60,169 bases of DNA from Spirochaetales bacterium (lineage in GTDB: Bacteria; Spirochaetota; Spirochaetia; JAFGXN01): positions 1 through 60,169 of the forward strand of contig JAFGXN010000131.1 of the NCBI GenBank assembly GCA_016936615.1, given 5' to 3'. The notes beneath the pieces are model-generated. The model had not been told where the DNA came from. It did no database searches and saw only the letters and a program-made list of their open reading frames with translations. The position numbers were made by a program, and so were the translations under genes. Shown in pieces: positions 27,928 to 37,943 of the stretch; position 1 is the first letter of the stretch, and every line of letters starts with the position of its first letter.

Positions 27928-30321
27928 ATGAAAAAGTTAAATAGTTTTATATTAGCAATTTTTACAATCTTTCTATTTGCCTGTCAGCCACCTGAGATAG
28001 ACAACATTTACAGTCATCTATTTGGAGAGACAGAGATAAAATTAGAAGAGAAGTTCAAATTTGATGCAAACTCAGGTGATTACGGAACCCTTGACTTATC
28101 AATAGGTACCGCTGAGCCACAAGTTACCCAGGGGACTGATATATCAAAGCTCGTAGTGACATGGGCGGATATACCAGGAGCTACTTTCTGCGCAATATAC
28201 AGAGTAGAAGCCGAGGTTGAGAGAGACGAGAACACAGTAGTGACAAAGATCTCTTTTCCAGAAGAGGCAGAACCTATAAAGGTAGGCGAAGTCGCTGCAG
28301 CTGCAAAGAGATTTGAAGATACAAGTGTAGCAAACAACAAGATTTACTACTATGCAGTAAAAGGAATCTCAGAAGATAAAACACGAGAAGGGCTGCTAAG
28401 CTATTTTTATTACGGATATATGATAGGTTATCCAGAAAATCTTAGAGCAGATGACAAGGAGTCAAAAGAAAAGATTGGAATCTCTTGGGATGCAATCTAT
28501 GGAGCCAATAACTATCAGATATTCAGAGCTGAAAATGATCCAGAAGCAAGCTATGAGTTTGTTGGCAAATCTTTTTCTAACTACTTCGAAGACCACGCAA
28601 AAAGCAACAATCCACCAAGCGCAGGAATCAAATACTACTACAAGGTGAAGGCGTTCAGAAATGGAGTAATAGAATCAGGCTTCAGCCTCGCAAGTAATCC
28701 AGGAGAAATTGTCTCTGCTTTTGCTTGTGATCCTCCAGAGAAGGTCTACGCGTCACGAGCTGAGTACAATGACACAGTCAAAGTCTGGTGGGACCTCGCT
28801 GATGGCGCAGATAGCTATGTAGTATATAGAGCAGATTCTCCAGATGCTATTTTCGAAGCAATAACAGATATCGGAGATGTAACTGAGAATGCATACCTTG
28901 ATACAGAGATAGAAAATGGAAAAGACTACTATTACCAAGTATCATCGATAAATGCGGCAGGAATGGAAGGAACAAGATCTAAGTTTGAGCCTTTCGCAGA
29001 GACTGACTTTGATGGATGTGATTACCGAAGCCAGGGTTATGCCTTTGATACACCAGAACAACCTCTAGTAGCCTTTATTCCAAATGGTGATGGCGGCAGC
29101 CTATTCGTCTATTGGAATACTGTAAGAAAAGCAGAGACCTACTCAGTCTACTACAAAGATACAACAGATCAAGAGACTGCCCTAATCGAAGATTCAACAG
29201 AGACCTTTTATAAGGCAGATCTCTCAGCAGAGTTCGCAAACTTTGAATACTATATCAGAGCAAAGCGCGCTGGAACTGAAGGGGAAGTACTAAGCAAAGA
29301 CTCTCAATCAAAACTCCCTAACAATGGAGCACCAGAAAACCTCTCAGGAAGCGTAAAAGAGTATGAACTTCTAGGAGATGGGCAAATCAAAGGAAAGAAC
29401 ACTATATCCTGGAAATCTGCACAAAACATTCAATACAGAGTATTACGGAAACTTCCAGGAGAGAGCAGCTTCACATTGATAGCAGACAATGTAACCTCTA
29501 GCCCATACATCGATACAAATATCCCAGAACGGGGCTATGAATTCTTTCACAATCTTCTACCTTCAGTCGAGCCACAAGGAAGCGAAGATGGGAACCAAGC
29601 ACTGCAAAGATCACTCTCTGCTCGATACAAGATAGAAGCAGTATTCGATGCAGAAAACAACATCTTTGCAACAAGCGATGAAGTCCTAGCAATGCCAATG
29701 CCAACACACAAAGAGTTCTTCTTTATAATCCAATTCCTAGATGATTGTGCTACAAATAAATTAACAAATCAGAGTGATTATGAATCAACTACACCTGGAG
29801 ACGAAACAGATCCAGGATTTTTATCAGGTAAAATCGATTTTTCTGCAAAGATTCAAAGCCTTTCAAGCGCAAATATAAAGTTTAAGTTCACGAACTATTC
29901 AGACTGGCATGGATTAGCCCTAACTGGTGAATACAATTCTCTTCAACACTCTAACCCAGGACAACCACCAGGAGGATCTAGTATAAACACTTGCCATACA
30001 GATAGCGTATCACTCATAGGGCTTTTCAACATAAAAAGAAATGTTAGTTTACGACTAAACCCTGACAACTCTTCTTATGACGGATCTATCAAAATAAACA
30101 TTATTGGAGTAGGAGACTATACAATTATTGTATCTCCAGAAGACAACATCTTCCACTCTTATGACGGAACTGACAGAATCCCAGGAGGAAGAAATGCTTC
30201 TGGCTCGTCAGGAAACGAAAACACCTACGACTCAGGAACTCTTTCTAAGTTTGCAATACTAACTGTAAGAGGCGACAATCTAAGTGCAGCAGGTGAGCGA
30301 GCTGGAACACCAATAAATTAA
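27928..30321 (+). CDS. large fibronectin type III repeat lipoprotein
   Basis: Start moved to ATG 27928; lipobox LFAC; FN3 patterns VTW..IPGA...IYR, ISWD..YGA..YQIFR, YYYKVKA, YYYQVS. Confidence 0.8.
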   Translation: MKKLNSFILAIFTIFLFACQPPEIDNIYSHLFGETEIKLEEKFKFDANSGDYGTLDLSIGTAEPQVTQGTDISKLVVTWADIPGATFCAIYRVEAEVERDENTVVTKISFPEEAEPIKVGEVAAAAKRFEDTSVANNKIYYYAVKGISEDKTREGLLSYFYYGYMIGYPENLRADDKESKEKIGISWDAIYGANNYQIFRAENDPEASYEFVGKSFSNYFEDHAKSNNPPSAGIKYYYKVKAFRNGVIESGFSLASNPGEIVSAFACDPPEKVYASRAEYNDTVKVWWDLADGADSYVVYRADSPDAIFEAITDIGDVTENAYLDTEIENGKDYYYQVSSINAAGMEGTRSKFEPFAETDFDGCDYRSQGYAFDTPEQPLVAFIPNGDGGSLFVYWNTVRKAETYSVYYKDTTDQETALIEDSTETFYKADLSAEFANFEYYIRAKRAGTEGEVLSKDSQSKLPNNGAPENLSGSVKEYELLGDGQIKGKNTISWKSAQNIQYRVLRKLPGESSFTLIADNVTSSPYIDTNIPERGYEFFHNLLPSVEPQGSEDGNQALQRSLSARYKIEAVFDAENNIFATSDEVLAMPMPTHKEFFFIIQFLDDCATNKLTNQSDYESTTPGDETDPGFLSGKIDFSAKIQSLSSANIKFKFTNYSDWHGLALTGEYNSLQHSNPGQPPGGSSINTCHTDSVSLIGLFNIKRNVSLRLNPDNSSYDGSIKINIIGVGDYTIIVSPEDNIFHSYDGTDRIPGGRNASGSSGNENTYDSGTLSKFAILTVRGDNLSAAGERAGTPIN

Positions 30322-30332
30322 AAGATACGAAT

Positions 30333-30360
30333 AAGCCCCCGAGATCTTCGGGGGCTTTCT
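30333..30360 (+). terminator. intrinsic terminator
   Basis: AAGCCCCCGA-GATCT-TCGGGGGCTT followed by a T-rich run. Confidence 0.8.
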
Positions 30361-30427
30361 TTCTTGGATTAAACTAAAATCCATAAATCTGCGACGAGTA
30401 ATTACTCCATCCAATTTTCTCCATTCT

Positions 30428-30456
30428 TTGCAAAACGTTAATTTTTTTCCTATAAT
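30428..30456 (+). promoter_or_regulatory. sigma70-type promoter of the duplicated FN3 gene
   Basis: TTGCAA-N17-TATAAT. Confidence 0.65.
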
Positions 30457-30528
30457 TAAAGATGAACCCGAGGAAGTAATATGAGTTTCACAAAAATTAA
30501 AATTTAACATCAGCAGGAGGGCTATAAA

Positions 30529-32892
30529 GTGAAAACAATAATCCTAACAATCTATGTAGCGATATCTGTGGTTCTTTCATGCCGAAGCCCAGGATCTTCA
30601 ATCTTTGAGCTTCTAAACGAGGGGAAAAAGCCGATAACAGAATCAAATCCTCAGTTAGAAAAAATTTCTGGTGACTATGGCGAAACAAATATTAAAATAT
30701 CGACCCAAGAACCAAGGGTTTCGCAGGGGTTATTCAATAATAAAATTGAAATATACTGGGACAACATAAGCAATGCAAAATATTGCGCAATATACAGAGT
30801 CAAAGGTGAAACAAGATTAAACTCGCAAACAGACAAAATAGAACCGTTTATTCCAGACAGCGAATTTCCTGCAAGGATTGCTGAAGTTTTGGCAACAAAC
30901 AGGAATTTTACAGATTCACTATGCCAGCCAAACACAATCTATTTCTACGCAATAAAAGGAGTTTCAGAAGATAAAACTTCTGAAGGACAACCCAGCTATT
31001 TCTATCTAGGATACAGACTTAGCCCACCAACAATGATTATGGCAGAAAACAAAGACTCAAAACAAAAGATAGGAATCTCATGGGATCAAAGCTTTGGCGC
31101 AGAATCATATAAAGTTTATAGAGCAAAAAGCTCCCCAGAAAGTGAATACCTACTTATTGGTGAATCAGCAACAACCTATTTTGAAGATCACAGACTCTCA
31201 AACACCCCGCCCAAGCCTGGTCAAAAATATTACTACAAGATCAAGTCAGTTAAGAATCTCTCAATAGAATCATCTCTCAGCAACCACAGCAACAGTGGCG
31301 AAATCGTCTCCGAATATGCCTGCGCACCACCAGAGCTAGTAACTGCCTCTCGTGCAGAATCTGCCGACTCAATTATAGTTGCTTGGGATGAATCTGAGAA
31401 TGCAGAGAGATACTGCATATACAGAGCCACAGACCCCAACAATCTGTTTTCCAAGCTCTCAGAAACTAATGAGAATTTTTTCATCGATAGCGAAATCGAA
31501 CACGGCAGGAACTATTTCTACCAAGTCGCTGCGATAAATTCTGCCAATCTTGAAGGCACTAAATCAAAGCTAATTATCTTCCCCGAAGCTGATGCTGATC
31601 TCTGCATATCACCAAGCCAAGGCTACTCTCTAGGCAAGGTAGACAAACTACTAGTGTTAGAGAGCAGCTTAGGTCAGATATTTTTCTATTGGGAAAAAGT
31701 AAAAAAAGCCGACTACTACGCAATTTTTTCCCAAGATAGAGATGGAGAGACAATAGAGATTGCAAATTTTCTATCAGATACTAGATTCAGCACAAGCAAC
31801 TCAGAATTAAGTGAAAATAAATTTTTTATAAAAGCTTGCAGGGAGATAGGCAACCAAACAATATGTAGTGCAGATTATCTCATCACAGAAGCTTGCTCTC
31901 CCCTACCTTCGGAGATTACAACAAGCGATAGCCTATTCGAACTAACCGAGGATGGCCGAATAATCTCAAAAAATATTATTAAATGGGAAGATCTTGGCTT
32001 TATAAAATACAATATCTTGAAAAAAGAGTATGCAACCGACAATTTCGAGAGGATAGGCTCAGCCTTAATCAATGGATTGTTCGTAGATTTGAATTTTGAA
32101 CCGCGAAGCTATGATTTTTTCCAGGAGCTAATACCACAGATAGCTTCTACCGTGGAAGATAGAAGAACATCTCTGAAACATGCTTTATCTGCAGAATACA
32201 AGATTGAGGTAATCCTTGATGAAGAGCAGGAAATAATTGAAACAAGCCCTGCATTCTCAGCATTTATGATGCCGACGTTTGAAGAAATTTTTTACATAAT
32301 GCAATTCGCCCAGGATTGTGCCACAAACAAGATGACAAATAAATCTGTATTCTCAGGACTCTATCCCAAAGGAGAATCTGATCCTGGGATATTATCAGGC
32401 GAGATAAAGTTCAGCTTTATCCCAGACGGTATCCAAAGATGCGGCAATGTTGTCTTCGAGCTCAACAACTACTCAGACTGGCCTGGTATTATACTAAAAA
32501 ACAGCTACAAGGAGCAATATTTCGAGAATGCCCAGGCCCCGATAACAAACTCACGTGTAAACAACATACACAGCGACACACTTCAGATGAGCGGACTATT
32601 CCATGTAAGCCGCAGAGCAAATCTCAAACTTAACCCAGACAACACAGTCGCAAATGGAACAGTCACGCTAGAGGTTCTAAATGTGGGAACCTACACGATT
32701 ACAGTTACTGATGAGAACAATATATACAATACCTTTCAAATCACAGATAGATGCCCTGGAGGACGCAACGCAACTATAGGAGGAATCGTAGCAGATGGAC
32801 ATACTCAAAGATATGATCAAACAACACTCTCGAAATTCGCAGTCTTTGAGATAAGAGGGATTAACACAAGTGAGATGACTATTAGGGAGTAA
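30529..32892 (+). CDS. FN3 repeat lipoprotein, full-length paralog of 27928..30321
   Basis: GTG start with AGGAGG; lipobox VLSC; collinear shared motifs CAIYRV, KG.SEDKT.EG..SYFY.GY, KIGISWD, DCATNK.TN, NYSDW.G, PGGRNA, TLSKFA. Confidence 0.82.
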   Translation: MKTIILTIYVAISVVLSCRSPGSSIFELLNEGKKPITESNPQLEKISGDYGETNIKISTQEPRVSQGLFNNKIEIYWDNISNAKYCAIYRVKGETRLNSQTDKIEPFIPDSEFPARIAEVLATNRNFTDSLCQPNTIYFYAIKGVSEDKTSEGQPSYFYLGYRLSPPTMIMAENKDSKQKIGISWDQSFGAESYKVYRAKSSPESEYLLIGESATTYFEDHRLSNTPPKPGQKYYYKIKSVKNLSIESSLSNHSNSGEIVSEYACAPPELVTASRAESADSIIVAWDESENAERYCIYRATDPNNLFSKLSETNENFFIDSEIEHGRNYFYQVAAINSANLEGTKSKLIIFPEADADLCISPSQGYSLGKVDKLLVLESSLGQIFFYWEKVKKADYYAIFSQDRDGETIEIANFLSDTRFSTSNSELSENKFFIKACREIGNQTICSADYLITEACSPLPSEITTSDSLFELTEDGRIISKNIIKWEDLGFIKYNILKKEYATDNFERIGSALINGLFVDLNFEPRSYDFFQELIPQIASTVEDRRTSLKHALSAEYKIEVILDEEQEIIETSPAFSAFMMPTFEEIFYIMQFAQDCATNKMTNKSVFSGLYPKGESDPGILSGEIKFSFIPDGIQRCGNVVFELNNYSDWPGIILKNSYKEQYFENAQAPITNSRVNNIHSDTLQMSGLFHVSRRANLKLNPDNTVANGTVTLEVLNVGTYTITVTDENNIYNTFQITDRCPGGRNATIGGIVADGHTQRYDQTTLSKFAVFEIRGINTSEMTIRE

Positions 32893-32979
32893 AAAAACTA
32901 ACAGAAATCTAACAGACAACTAATATTGTTGATTTTTTAGAAATTTTCTTTTATGATTAATAATAACATGGAGGGTTTG

Positions 32980-34020
32980 ATGAAAACTAAAGTAAAAATA
33001 TTTTTATGCCTAATTTTCCTTTTTGCGATTTTTCCTGTCATCGCAGAAGAAGAAAAAAAAGAAGAAGCAAGCGAGACTAAGACAGAGCAAGCACAAGCAG
33101 AAGAGACTAAGAAAAAAGTTGAACCAAAAATCTCTTTTCAATTATCTGAATATATAGAAGTCCATAGTAATGGATTTGATTTCTCTGGAACAACAATTGG
33201 ATTCTTTCAGGATGCCTTCTTCTCAAGAACATCAGCAAAGGCGAATGTTGCTCTACCTTTTGACTTTTACACTATGAACATTTGGGTCGAAGATGACTTT
33301 GATTTCAGACTAAATTATAAAGAAGATTTATCGACTGAAAATGATATAAACTTAAGAGGACGAAATAGAATCTATCTTGGAATGAACAACAACTTCAAGT
33401 TTAAAAACACAACCTTTGGCCTTAATCTTGAGCTAAGGTTAGAATCAGACATGAGGGATCTTAGTGGAACACAATCAAAAAAAACCGCAATAAGATTTAA
33501 TCCTAATATTACGATTGGCGGAAAATACGACTGCGGATTTGCATGGAGAACAGCAACATTTTTCTCATTCATCTTTGACTCAACTAGCTACGGAACAGAT
33601 ACCCCACTAAGCCTCTTTGACTTCGAAGCATACTACAACTTCTCATACGATTTTATGCAACATGTCGAAGGTTCATCAGCTAAAGGGTGGATATTCCTAG
33701 ACAACCAGTTAGCAACTTATATTGGCGGAGTCTACACTGATAGCCCAGCTCCCGTCTACCTATATGATATTCTAACTACAGGACTTAACTTTGACATCTC
33801 TGGATTCCAGCCTAAGATTGGCGCAGCATTCTGGTTCAACAAACATAGTTCTTTTTATGGCTCATACGGAGGGCTAGCCCTAGGTCTTGGCTATAAAAAA
33901 GATAATTTATCAATAAATGTTGATTACATCGGCGGTCGAGCAATGACCGAAGAGACTGCTACAGGATACAGCGCGAACTGGCTTAGCAGGATTACAACCT
34001 CAGTCAAGTTCAGCTTCTAA
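32980..34020 (+). CDS. probable outer-membrane beta-barrel protein
   Basis: Start moved to ATG 32980; signal peptide, charged linker, aromatic-rich amphipathic strands, C-terminal VKFSF. Confidence 0.65.
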   Translation: MKTKVKIFLCLIFLFAIFPVIAEEEKKEEASETKTEQAQAEETKKKVEPKISFQLSEYIEVHSNGFDFSGTTIGFFQDAFFSRTSAKANVALPFDFYTMNIWVEDDFDFRLNYKEDLSTENDINLRGRNRIYLGMNNNFKFKNTTFGLNLELRLESDMRDLSGTQSKKTAIRFNPNITIGGKYDCGFAWRTATFFSFIFDSTSYGTDTPLSLFDFEAYYNFSYDFMQHVEGSSAKGWIFLDNQLATYIGGVYTDSPAPVYLYDILTTGLNFDISGFQPKIGAAFWFNKHSSFYGSYGGLALGLGYKKDNLSINVDYIGGRAMTEETATGYSANWLSRITTSVKFSF

Positions 34021-34035
34021 CTTCACAGATTCAAG

Positions 34036-34057
34036 CCAGCCGAAAGGCTGGTTTTTT
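34036..34057 (+). terminator. intrinsic terminator
   Basis: CCAGCC-GAAA-GGCTGG-TTTTTT. Confidence 0.85.
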
Positions 34058-34169
34058 GCATGATAATTCTATACTTTTTTAGTAGGATTTCATTTTTTCC
34101 CCATTCTACTGATTGACAGATTATGAAGTTTTCTCTATCTTTTTACTATAAACATTTAGTGAGGTAAAT

Positions 34170-35378
34170 ATGAAAGCGATTAAAATGGCAGAAAATATCT
34201 ATAGAGTTGGGGCAAATATTGAAAATGGCGACCTTTTCGAGGGGATGTGGCCTATTCCTGATGGAGTTTCCCTTAATGCGTATGTTCTAACAGGGCTGAA
34301 AACAGCTCTTATCGACCTTGTACGAGATTGGGACAATGCCCCTGACGAATTAACAAAGCAGATTGATGAGCTAGGTATAAAAAAATTTGATTACCTGATT
34401 CTTAACCATATTGAGCCAGACCACACAGGCTGGTTAAATGGGTTTTTGAGGAAACATCCTGATACAAAGATCTTAACTACAAAGAAAGGTGCTGCAATGA
34501 TTGAAGGATTCTACCACGTCACTGAGAATGTCTCTGTGGTAAAATCAGGAGATACTCTTGACCTTGGAAAGGGAATCGAGCTGGTATTTGAGGAGATCCC
34601 AAATGTTCATTGGCCTGAGACAATGGTTACCTACGAAAAGAGCTCAGGAATCCTCTTTGCGTGCGATGCTTTTGGCTCTTACGGCTCAATCTCAGAGAAG
34701 GTCTTTGATGACCAATTATCCGAAGAAGAACACGCTTTCTACGATAGAGAGTCGCTTCGGTATTATGCAAACATTGTCGGGAGTTTTTCAGTATTTGTTC
34801 AACGAGCTGTAGCAAAGCTTGCAGATCTAGAGATCAAGATGATTGCTCCTTCGCATGGAATTATCTGGAGAGAGAATCCATCTGAAATAATAAATCGCTA
34901 TCTAAAGTTCGCTTCTTACATGAACGGTCCTGCCGAGCCAGAGATAACTATCGTGTGGGGAAGCATGTACGGAAATACAAAAGAAGTGCTAACATCAATC
35001 ATCGAAGGAATCAGATCCGAAGGTGTTGTGGTTCATGTTCATCAGACACCAGACGAAGATGTCTCATGGGCTCTAGCCTCAGCATGGAAATCTCGTGGAC
35101 TAGTTCTTGGTATGCCAACCTACGAATACAAGATGTTCCCACCAATGAGCGCAGTCATCGATATGTTTGAGCGAAAACACATCAACAACAAGAAAGTTCT
35201 CAGATTCGGCTCTTACGGCTGGTCAGGTGGTGCGCAGAAAGAGTTTGACAAGATCACAGAAGGGCTGAAGTGGGATTGCATGGAACCAGTTGAATGGCAA
35301 GGTCGTGCAAAAGAAGAAGACCATAAGAAGGCCTACGAAAGCGGCAAAGCACTTGCAAAGGCAATCAAAGAGATGTAA
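34170..35378 (+). CDS. fprA: flavodiiron protein (A-type flavoprotein, O2/NO reductase)
   Basis: HIEPDH, HWPE, DAFG, PSHG diiron motifs; flavodoxin SMYGNT, FGSYGWSG. Confidence 0.93.
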   Translation: MKAIKMAENIYRVGANIENGDLFEGMWPIPDGVSLNAYVLTGLKTALIDLVRDWDNAPDELTKQIDELGIKKFDYLILNHIEPDHTGWLNGFLRKHPDTKILTTKKGAAMIEGFYHVTENVSVVKSGDTLDLGKGIELVFEEIPNVHWPETMVTYEKSSGILFACDAFGSYGSISEKVFDDQLSEEEHAFYDRESLRYYANIVGSFSVFVQRAVAKLADLEIKMIAPSHGIIWRENPSEIINRYLKFASYMNGPAEPEITIVWGSMYGNTKEVLTSIIEGIRSEGVVVHVHQTPDEDVSWALASAWKSRGLVLGMPTYEYKMFPPMSAVIDMFERKHINNKKVLRFGSYGWSGGAQKEFDKITEGLKWDCMEPVEWQGRAKEEDHKKAYESGKALAKAIKEM

Positions 35379-35393
35379 TTTTCACCTCGCAAT

Positions 35394-35432
35394 AAAAAAC
35401 CCCCTTGAAATCAATTTTTCAAGGGGGTTTTT
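35394..35432. terminator. bidirectional terminator between fprA and proS
   Basis: A6-CCCCCTTGAAA...TTTCAAGGGGG-T5. Confidence 0.85.
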
Positions 35433-35440
35433 AGTTCGAA

Positions 35441-35669
35441 GTACACTGCCCTGGCAGGGTGGATTAGTTCTTCGAACTCTCTTTAACTTCCTGCTTGGCA
35501 GTGATCCCTGCTGGCAATGCTTCGCATTACCCACGCAGGGGTTGAGGTATACCTCAACCTGAACTGCCCTGGCAGGTTGTTTGAGTTCATTCTGAACTCT
35601 CTTTAACTTCCTGCTTGGCAGTGGGTACACTGCCCTGGCAGGGTGTTTGAGTTCATTCTGAACTCAAAC
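35441..35669. repeat. cluster of palindromic REP-like repeats (3 copies of a ~60-bp unit plus extra hairpins)
   Basis: (GTAC)ACTGCCCTGGCAGG...AGTTC(A)TTC(T)GAACT(CTCTTTAACTTCCTGCTTGGCAGTG) at 35441, 35563 and 35625; perfect 20-bp palindrome at 35540-35559. Confidence 0.85.
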
Positions 35670-37103
35670 TTAATAACTCTTCGCAAATATTGCTAGGTTT
35701 TTGGCTTTTTTGTTGCAGCAGACGCAGGTTCCTTCTATGTTTTCTTGTCGGTCGAATGGGAGGACTCGTATGGTTGCTTTTGTGGCTTCTTTGATCTTAG
35801 CTTCGCATTCGCCTGAACCGCACCATAGAGATTCAGCAAAGCCGCCTTCGCCTTCATTGAAGAATTTCAGGAATTCGTCATAGTTGTTTATTTCAAATGT
35901 ATTTTCTTCTCGGTAAGCCCTAGCTTTTTCTAGCAAGGCAACCTGCATATCTTTTAAAATTTCATCTAGTGTATCAGAGATTTTGTCAAATTCTACAAAT
36001 ATCTTCTCGCCACTGTCGCGCCTAACAAGCACAGCTTTTCTATTCTCCATATCACGAGGACCTACTTCAATCCGCACTGGCATTCCGCACATCTCCCACT
36101 CCGAATATTTCCATCCAGGTGAGTTAGTGTCATCATAATCTTTGACAATTCTAAATTTTTCTGCAAGTATCTTATAAATTGAATCAGCATAATCAAGAAC
36201 TTCATCCTTGTTCTTCGCCTTGTAGATTGGAATCAATACTGCATCTTGTGGCGCAACCTTTGGAGGAAGCACAAGACCCTTATCGTCAGAATGGGTCATT
36301 ATCAAAGCGCCTATCAATCTGGTAGAAACTCCCCAGCTCGAAGCCCATACATAATCTAACTTGCCTTCTCGTGTCTGAAAGGTCACATCAAAGGCCTTTG
36401 CAAAGTTCTGCCCAAGAAAATGTGAAGTTCCCGCCTGTAGTGCCTTCTTATCTTGCATCATTGCTTCAATAGCATAGGTATTTATTGCTCCAGCAAACTT
36501 CTCTGACTGCGATTTAACACCTGTCAAAACTGGAACTGCCAAGATACCTTCCGCAAACTCTTTATATACATTCAACATCTTAATAGTCTCTTCTTCAGCC
36601 TCTTCAGATGTCTCATGGGCAGTATGTCCCTCTTGCCACAAAAACTCAGTTGTTCGCAAGAACATTCGAGTACGTTTTTCCCATCTAATAACATTTGCCC
36701 ACTGGTTCAGTAGCAATGGCAGATCTCGATATGATTGAATCCACTTCTTGTACATACTCCAGATAATTGTCTCAGATGTTGGTCGCAATACCAATGGTTC
36801 TTCAAGCTCAGATCCACCTGCATGAGTAACTACAGCTAGCTCAGGAGAGAACCCCTCGACATGTTCAGCCTCTTTTTTTAAAAAACTTTCTGGAATTAAC
36901 ATTGGGAAATAAGCATTTGAATGTCCAGTTGCCTTGAACATCTTATCTAAATTCGACTGGATAGCCTCCCACAACGCATAGCCTCTTGGTCGAATAACCA
37001 TACAACCCTTCACTGGCGAATAATCTGCTAACTTCGCGTTCAAAACAATATCAACATACCAGTCTGAGTAACTTTCAGACCTCGGAGTAATCTTTTCTGC
37101 CAT
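35670..37103 (-). CDS. proS: proline--tRNA ligase, archaeal/eukaryote-like type
   Basis: [49 protein letters not shown]-terminal FAKSY; start moved to ATG 37103. Confidence 0.96.
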   Translation of the reverse strand: MAEKITPRSESYSDWYVDIVLNAKLADYSPVKGCMVIRPRGYALWEAIQSNLDKMFKATGHSNAYFPMLIPESFLKKEAEHVEGFSPELAVVTHAGGSELEEPLVLRPTSETIIWSMYKKWIQSYRDLPLLLNQWANVIRWEKRTRMFLRTTEFLWQEGHTAHETSEEAEEETIKMLNVYKEFAEGILAVPVLTGVKSQSEKFAGAINTYAIEAMMQDKKALQAGTSHFLGQNFAKAFDVTFQTREGKLDYVWASSWGVSTRLIGALIMTHSDDKGLVLPPKVAPQDAVLIPIYKAKNKDEVLDYADSIYKILAEKFRIVKDYDDTNSPGWKYSEWEMCGMPVRIEVGPRDMENRKAVLVRRDSGEKIFVEFDKISDTLDEILKDMQVALLEKARAYREENTFEINNYDEFLKFFNEGEGGFAESLWCGSGECEAKIKEATKATIRVLPFDRQENIEGTCVCCNKKAKNLAIFAKSY

Positions 37104-37118
37104 TTTACACCTCAAAAT

Positions 37119-37185
37119 AAAAAAAATAGACAGACAACATAAGTTATCTGCCTTTTAGAATATCATTTATAGAAATTGCAATCAA
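37119..37185 (-). promoter_or_regulatory. proS promoter followed by terminator-like hairpin
   Basis: Minus strand TTGATT-N17-TATTCT, then GGCAGATAAC-TTAT-GTTGTCTGTC and a T-run before the RBS. Confidence 0.5.
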
Positions 37186-37200
37186 GTAAGAGAAAATAAA

Positions 37201-37881
37201 TTATTTCAATTTTACAGTTTCAACCATATATCTAATAGAAAAACCATCTCCATCAATCTCTTTCTTCTCAATCACAAAGACAAGACTCTTGCAATCTGGA
37301 GACTTTATCACTTGAGCCACACTATAACCAAGGACACCTTCCCTCTTGTAGTTAGGATTCCCCACTTTGTACTGAACCATCGACCCATCCCCATCTGTAA
37401 TAGTCAAATTAAGGTAAAAAGAGGAAACTGTCTTTCCATTTTTTTTCTCAACAGATGGAACAAGCTCATACTCATACTCTTTTTTTTCTGAAAAATCCCT
37501 AAAATTCATATTCAGAGTATCGCCATCATCTGCCTTCACATAGATCATTCGGCCAACAACTGCGTGGTTAATAGTCCACTTTGCGATATTTGTAGAGATA
37601 TTACGCAACGCATTAAGCATCGCACCCTCAGGAGAGAGCCCCGAAACCGCAGTGCGAGTAAACTTGTAACGGTAGATACCATCTTTTACAAAACTATTCT
37701 TTGCAACATCTACGCAAAATACATTGGTATAGACATCTCCTTTTTCTGAAATTCCATACTCCGAAAATAAAAAATATTTTGAATCCTCTGAAAATCCTAA
37801 GTTTTTAAACGATGCGACATCTCCAGCAAAGGCTAAAGTTGTCAGACACATAGCTGTAATTATTAGAAAAATTTTTTTCAT
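37201..37881 (-). CDS. secreted DUF2259-like protein
   Basis: Signal peptide AFA-GD; GDVASFKNLGFS.D.KYF.F.EYG; C-terminal RYMVET. Confidence 0.75.
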   Translation of the reverse strand: MKKIFLIITAMCLTTLAFAGDVASFKNLGFSEDSKYFLFSEYGISEKGDVYTNVFCVDVAKNSFVKDGIYRYKFTRTAVSGLSPEGAMLNALRNISTNIAKWTINHAVVGRMIYVKADDGDTLNMNFRDFSEKKEYEYELVPSVEKKNGKTVSSFYLNLTITDGDGSMVQYKVGNPNYKREGVLGYSVAQVIKSPDCKSLVFVIEKKEIDGDGFSIRYMVETVKLK

Positions 37882-37943
37882 GAATAAAATCCTCCATTTT
37901 TAGTATCGGAAGAAATGAAAAACTCTTAAATAAAGTATTTGTA

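Noticed and set aside
24987-32892. Diversity-generating retroelement or phase-variable cassette behind the paralogous lipoproteins
   Set aside because: No reverse transcriptase or recombinase, and no near-identical template/variable repeat pair seen; the paralogs differ throughout
35290-35630. ORFs 35290..35562 and 35382..35630
   Set aside because: They are translations of the terminator and palindromic repeats, with no RBS or protein-like features
35441-35669. Possible CRISPR array
   Set aside because: Units are ~60 bp, partly abutting, with no regular unique spacers and no cas genes; fits REP-like repeats better
37104-37200. T-box riboswitch upstream of proS (also checked upstream of pheS)
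   Set aside because: Intergenic spaces are under 100 nt and no T-box consensus is visible
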